From NCBI GenBank assembly GCA_902384455.1, contig CABMCB010000025.1, positions 1-47,687 on the forward strand: 47,687 bases of DNA. Direction: 5' to 3'. The DNA is from an uncultured archaeon (GTDB lineage: Archaea > Altiarchaeota > Altiarchaeia > IMC4 > SCGC-AAA252-I15). The notes under the pieces are model-generated. The model did no database searches. It was not told where the DNA came from and was given only the letters and a program-made list of their open reading frames with translations. The position numbers were made by a program, and so were the translations under genes. Positions 44,646 through 47,687 of the stretch are shown piece after piece (position 1 is the first letter of the stretch; each line of letters opens with the position of its first letter).

Positions 44646-45079
44646 AGGAAATCGTTGGCAATCTATGGCGCTATTACGGGCGGCCAAACATCGTCATCTG
44701 TATCACCACGAATTGTTTCGTGAAGAGAGATGGTTCCGCTGTGATGGGGCGAGGAGGCGCCGCAGAGGCGCGTAGTTACGTGCCAGGCATCGCCAAGATG
44801 CTAGGCGACCATATCCGAACGAATGGCGAGCTGGCAGGTTTCCTTACTCCGCAGGTGATTGCTTTCCCTGTTAAGCACGTTTGGTATGAGAAGGCAGACC
44901 TGGAACTTATTCGTAGTTCCGCGCACTGGCTTGGACAAATTGCCGCCAAGCGCAGCCAAAGTAATCTTTTCATTCTTCCTCGCCCTGGTTGTGGGAACGG
45001 CCACCTCTCCTATAGCGACGTGCGCCCGATTTTGGTAGACTTATTGCCGGACAATGTCTACGTGATTGACTTCGCATAA
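44642..45079 (+). CDS. Macrodomain (ADP-ribose binding or hydrolase) protein
   Basis: ITTN...VMGRG.A, FPVK..W...ADLELI, LPRPGCGNG.L. Confidence 0.8.
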   Translation: MKEIVGNLWRYYGRPNIVICITTNCFVKRDGSAVMGRGGAAEARSYVPGIAKMLGDHIRTNGELAGFLTPQVIAFPVKHVWYEKADLELIRSSAHWLGQIAAKRSQSNLFILPRPGCGNGHLSYSDVRPILVDLLPDNVYVIDFA

Positions 45080-45089
45080 AGGCTGGTAA

Positions 45090-45308
45090 ATGGCTTCTAT
45101 CAGAACGAAATGGGTGAAGCTGCAACTGAAAGCTGTTCGTGAACAGGCTAGCAGGCTCCGTGAAGAGCGCGAATCTCTTGTAAAGACTTACGAGCAGCAA
45201 CTCACATTGCTTGAAGAACGACGCAAACAACTTGCGCAGGAATGCCCACACGATAACATGCTATACGGCCTCTACAACCAGTGTGCCGATTGTGGGGAGT
45301 GGTTTTGA
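45090..45308 (+). CDS. Coiled-coil protein with C-terminal Zn motif
   Basis: CPH...CADC. Confidence 0.55.
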   Translation: MASIRTKWVKLQLKAVREQASRLREERESLVKTYEQQLTLLEERRKQLAQECPHDNMLYGLYNQCADCGEWF

Positions 45309-45418
45309 TGGCGCCCGAACTTAATCCATACGAGGAATTGGACAACGGCATTCGCTTTATCGTGATGTTTTGTATCATCGTCTTCGCCGTGGTCATGGCC
45401 TTGACTGGTGGAAAATAA
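45308..45418 (+). CDS. 36 aa membrane peptide
   Basis: Manual translation MAPELNPYEELDNGIRFIVMFCIIVFAVVMALTGGK; coupled at both ends. Confidence 0.5.
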   Translation: MAPELNPYEELDNGIRFIVMFCIIVFAVVMALTGGK

Positions 45419-45570
45419 TGGAATGGAATGAGTTCTTCCGGATGGTTGCCTCCTGCAACGATTGCAGCGAGAAGCTGGGATTCTGCGGACACCACCAGGA
45501 ACAGTACGATAAGAAGAAAACGGCCGAGGAGTGGGGACGGTCGCGGTTCCCTGAAGGTGCTGAAGTATGA
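45418..45570 (+). CDS. Small Zn-binding hypothetical protein
   Basis: CNDC...CGHH; TAATG-coupled. Confidence 0.5.
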   Translation: MEWNEFFRMVASCNDCSEKLGFCGHHQEQYDKKKTAEEWGRSRFPEGAEV

Positions 45571-45839
45571 CGTATCACCACAGCCTTTCACTTGGTGACG
45601 ACCGTGAGCCGCAGGTTTTCCGCACTGGCGCGCCAGTTTACAACGGCATCACTGGCGCTCAGATAGAGCACGTTGCTCAACAGATGCATAAGGATTACCG
45701 CGCAGCGTTCAAGGCGCTACACCGCGGCGGACTTGTCCACACATCAACAGCGCAGAGTCACGACCACGGATGGTCAAACTGCCATCGTAAGCAATACTTC
45801 CTGCGGCGAGCCCGAAAGCGCCTGGAAGGCGAGCTGTGA
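45567..45839 (+). CDS. Hypothetical protein
   Basis: ATGA and GTGA coupling. Confidence 0.55.
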   Translation: MTYHHSLSLGDDREPQVFRTGAPVYNGITGAQIEHVAQQMHKDYRAAFKALHRGGLVHTSTAQSHDHGWSNCHRKQYFLRRARKRLEGEL

Positions 45840-46315
45840 AGCACTACTCCTCAAAATCTTTCCTCCGCACATTTGTGACCTACTGGCACAGCGATACGCC
45901 AGGCGTTTGGAATACCTCAATCACTTTCGGCTCGCTGATTTCCCTACACTTCTCCCACAGTGACACAAATCGACATGGCACGGAGAAGTGGAACATGGAA
46001 ACCGTCAAAGGCTGGTTAGCGAAATGGCTTGCATTGGAACGCAAAAGTCCTGGCATTAGCCGACGGCTCATCGTGTACGAACCTTCCGGCGCGTGGTATT
46101 ACTTCGACATCTACACTGGACACTTCTGGACTGGCTTTATCAATTTCGTCAATCGCGTCATTGGCGGGCCGATATTGGTCGCCTGCCCGCGGTGTCAGAG
46201 CACTCAAACATGGGAACCGAATCCGCTTCTTCGCCGCAATCGCAGAGTATGCTGCCGCGGTTGCGGATTGGAAGTTGTTCGGTTTGCTGACTACGATTTG
46301 GAGCAGAAAGCGTGA
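45836..46315 (+). CDS. Hypothetical protein with C-terminal Zn ribbon
   Basis: CPRC...CRGC. Confidence 0.55.
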   Translation: MKHYSSKSFLRTFVTYWHSDTPGVWNTSITFGSLISLHFSHSDTNRHGTEKWNMETVKGWLAKWLALERKSPGISRRLIVYEPSGAWYYFDIYTGHFWTGFINFVNRVIGGPILVACPRCQSTQTWEPNPLLRRNRRVCCRGCGLEVVRFADYDLEQKA

Positions 46316-47028
46316 AACTCCTCGGCATAGACGTTGGCTTCGCAAAAGAACGAGACACGACTGGCATCGCGTTTTATGAGGACAGTCCGGCGCTTGGATG
46401 TATCTTCGGTGTTGGGCGCGCAACAACCGACTGGGCCACGCGCAGTCTGCTTATCAAAACGAAGCCAGATGTCGTTGCTGTGGATGCGCCGCTCGTTGGA
46501 CAAGATATCGGCGTCCAAAGATTTGTAGAGCTTGAGTTTAGCCGCCACCCATTTCAGCGCAGGTGCAAAGCCGGCCTCAGTCACTCCGGAATGGGCTTGG
46601 AGTTGCGTAAGGCTGGCAACACAACACGGGAGCAGCTCATTGCCAACGATGTTGCAAGACATGACCAGATATTTGAGTCGTTCCCGAACGCTTTCCTCGG
46701 CGTGATGGTGCCAGATGTTTTCTATCGCAACATGCCGGAGCTGAAACGCGGACGCAAGTTTGACTGGCTCTACGACACCGCGGTTGACAATCGGCTGTTT
46801 GACGATTTGTATACCATGCTCGGTGTTCCTTTGGCATTGAGAGCCACAATTCGAGAAGAACGCGACCACGAACACCGCGCCGCCTGGATTTGTTTGCTTA
46901 CTGCCTGGTGTGTTGCGCTTGGATGCGCGAAACCTGTTGGCGATGTGGATGGCGGATTTTTCTGGCTACCTCCTGCTGGACTGTGGCAACCGTGGACGGA
47001 GCAGGAAAACCAGCCGACGTTTTTCTAG
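46312..47028 (+). CDS. DUF429-like RNase H-fold protein
   Basis: LGIDVGF...TG, VAVDAPL, FESFPNA. Confidence 0.7.
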   Translation: MKLLGIDVGFAKERDTTGIAFYEDSPALGCIFGVGRATTDWATRSLLIKTKPDVVAVDAPLVGQDIGVQRFVELEFSRHPFQRRCKAGLSHSGMGLELRKAGNTTREQLIANDVARHDQIFESFPNAFLGVMVPDVFYRNMPELKRGRKFDWLYDTAVDNRLFDDLYTMLGVPLALRATIREERDHEHRAAWICLLTAWCVALGCAKPVGDVDGGFFWLPPAGLWQPWTEQENQPTFF

Positions 47029-47044
47029 GGAGAAGGACGACGAG

Positions 47045-47503
47045 ATGCCGGCAACTTACATCCCACGCAAGGAAATCGGTTGGGCTGAAATCGGCGAACA
47101 GTTTACGCGCTACCAGCTCCTCAAGACCAAATGGCTAAACGTGTACTTACATCGCCTCAATGCGCCAAAGGCACATGCAGAGTGTCACAATCACCCATGG
47201 AGTTTTATAACGCTCATCCTTTGGGGTGGCTACAAAGAGTTCCTAGGCGACAGGTGGCACCGCAGGCGTCCGGGAACTATTCTATATCGCCGGGCTGAAA
47301 CCGCGCATAACGTCGTTACCAACGGGACTTCCTGGTCGCTTGTCGTTACAGGACCCAACCGTCGCGACTGGGGTTTCCAGGACTGTAGGTTGCCAGCGGG
47401 CCAAGGGCAAATACCGTGGGACGTGTACCGGGCGCGCCACAGGGAAGCGGCCCAAATACACCTCACCACAAGAGCCCAACCCCTACCAGGACAGCCCGGC
47501 TAA
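47045..47503 (+). CDS. Cupin-fold phage protein
   Basis: YLHR...HNHPWSFITLILWGGY.E...HNV. Confidence 0.65.
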   Translation: MPATYIPRKEIGWAEIGEQFTRYQLLKTKWLNVYLHRLNAPKAHAECHNHPWSFITLILWGGYKEFLGDRWHRRRPGTILYRRAETAHNVVTNGTSWSLVVTGPNRRDWGFQDCRLPAGQGQIPWDVYRARHREAAQIHLTTRAQPLPGQPG

Positions 47504-47687
47504 TAGCCTGTGGGTACCAGGAACCCATGTTATAGCGGGTTCCACCACCCATACCAAGGTAACCCAGAGCCTACGGTGGCAGGATACAGGGGTTGGAAGC
47601 TAGATGGCAGGGAACTCTATGGTAGGTAAGGACTTAGCAGGACCCCCGTGGGGGTGATGATTTCCCTTTTGCTCGCCCCTTGACGAC

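Noticed and set aside
1-47687. tRNA, rRNA, CRISPR array, integrase, transposase, spanins
   Set aside because: No cloverleaf, repeat-spacer array or diagnostic motifs seen by eye; tRNAscan-SE and lipoprotein prediction would be needed to exclude them.

Overview
A 47.7 kb segment of a tailed-phage genome (no terminase, portal, capsid, integrase, tRNA, rRNA or CRISPR seen). Weak sequence cues point to an Acidobacteria host. A short leftward arm (1-4600) carries a family A DNA polymerase (cut by the window edge), queC and several paralogous HTH proteins. The long rightward arm (4916-47503) carries: recombination and replication genes (putative SSAP, ssb, UvrD, PD-(D/E)XK nucleases, a YdaU-type initiator with a likely internal origin, primase-helicase, dnaN, dnaX, SNF2 helicase, ATP-dependent ligase); a cluster of three GT31-like and one GT2 glycosyltransferase plus a HAD-like protein, a methyltransferase and a protease; a 7-deazaguanine DNA-modification operon (queD, queE, HNH-folE fusion, a Cys-His-Asp protein, a dpdA-like transglycosylase, a ParB-like protein, one unknown); lysis genes; and many nucleotide or counter-defence genes (HD hydrolase, Nudix, two MazG-like, Hpt, macrodomain). 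Most notable: the dpd operon with unexplained accessory genes and a QueC lacking all four Zn-binding cysteines; two independent HNH-enzyme fusions; a GTAC-N4-GKAC box at a fixed position just upstream of four sigma70-like -35 elements; two dense candidate structured RNAs; an orphan tail-tube-like gene; and apparent absence of GATC. All calls come from motif recognition by eye; no searches were run.
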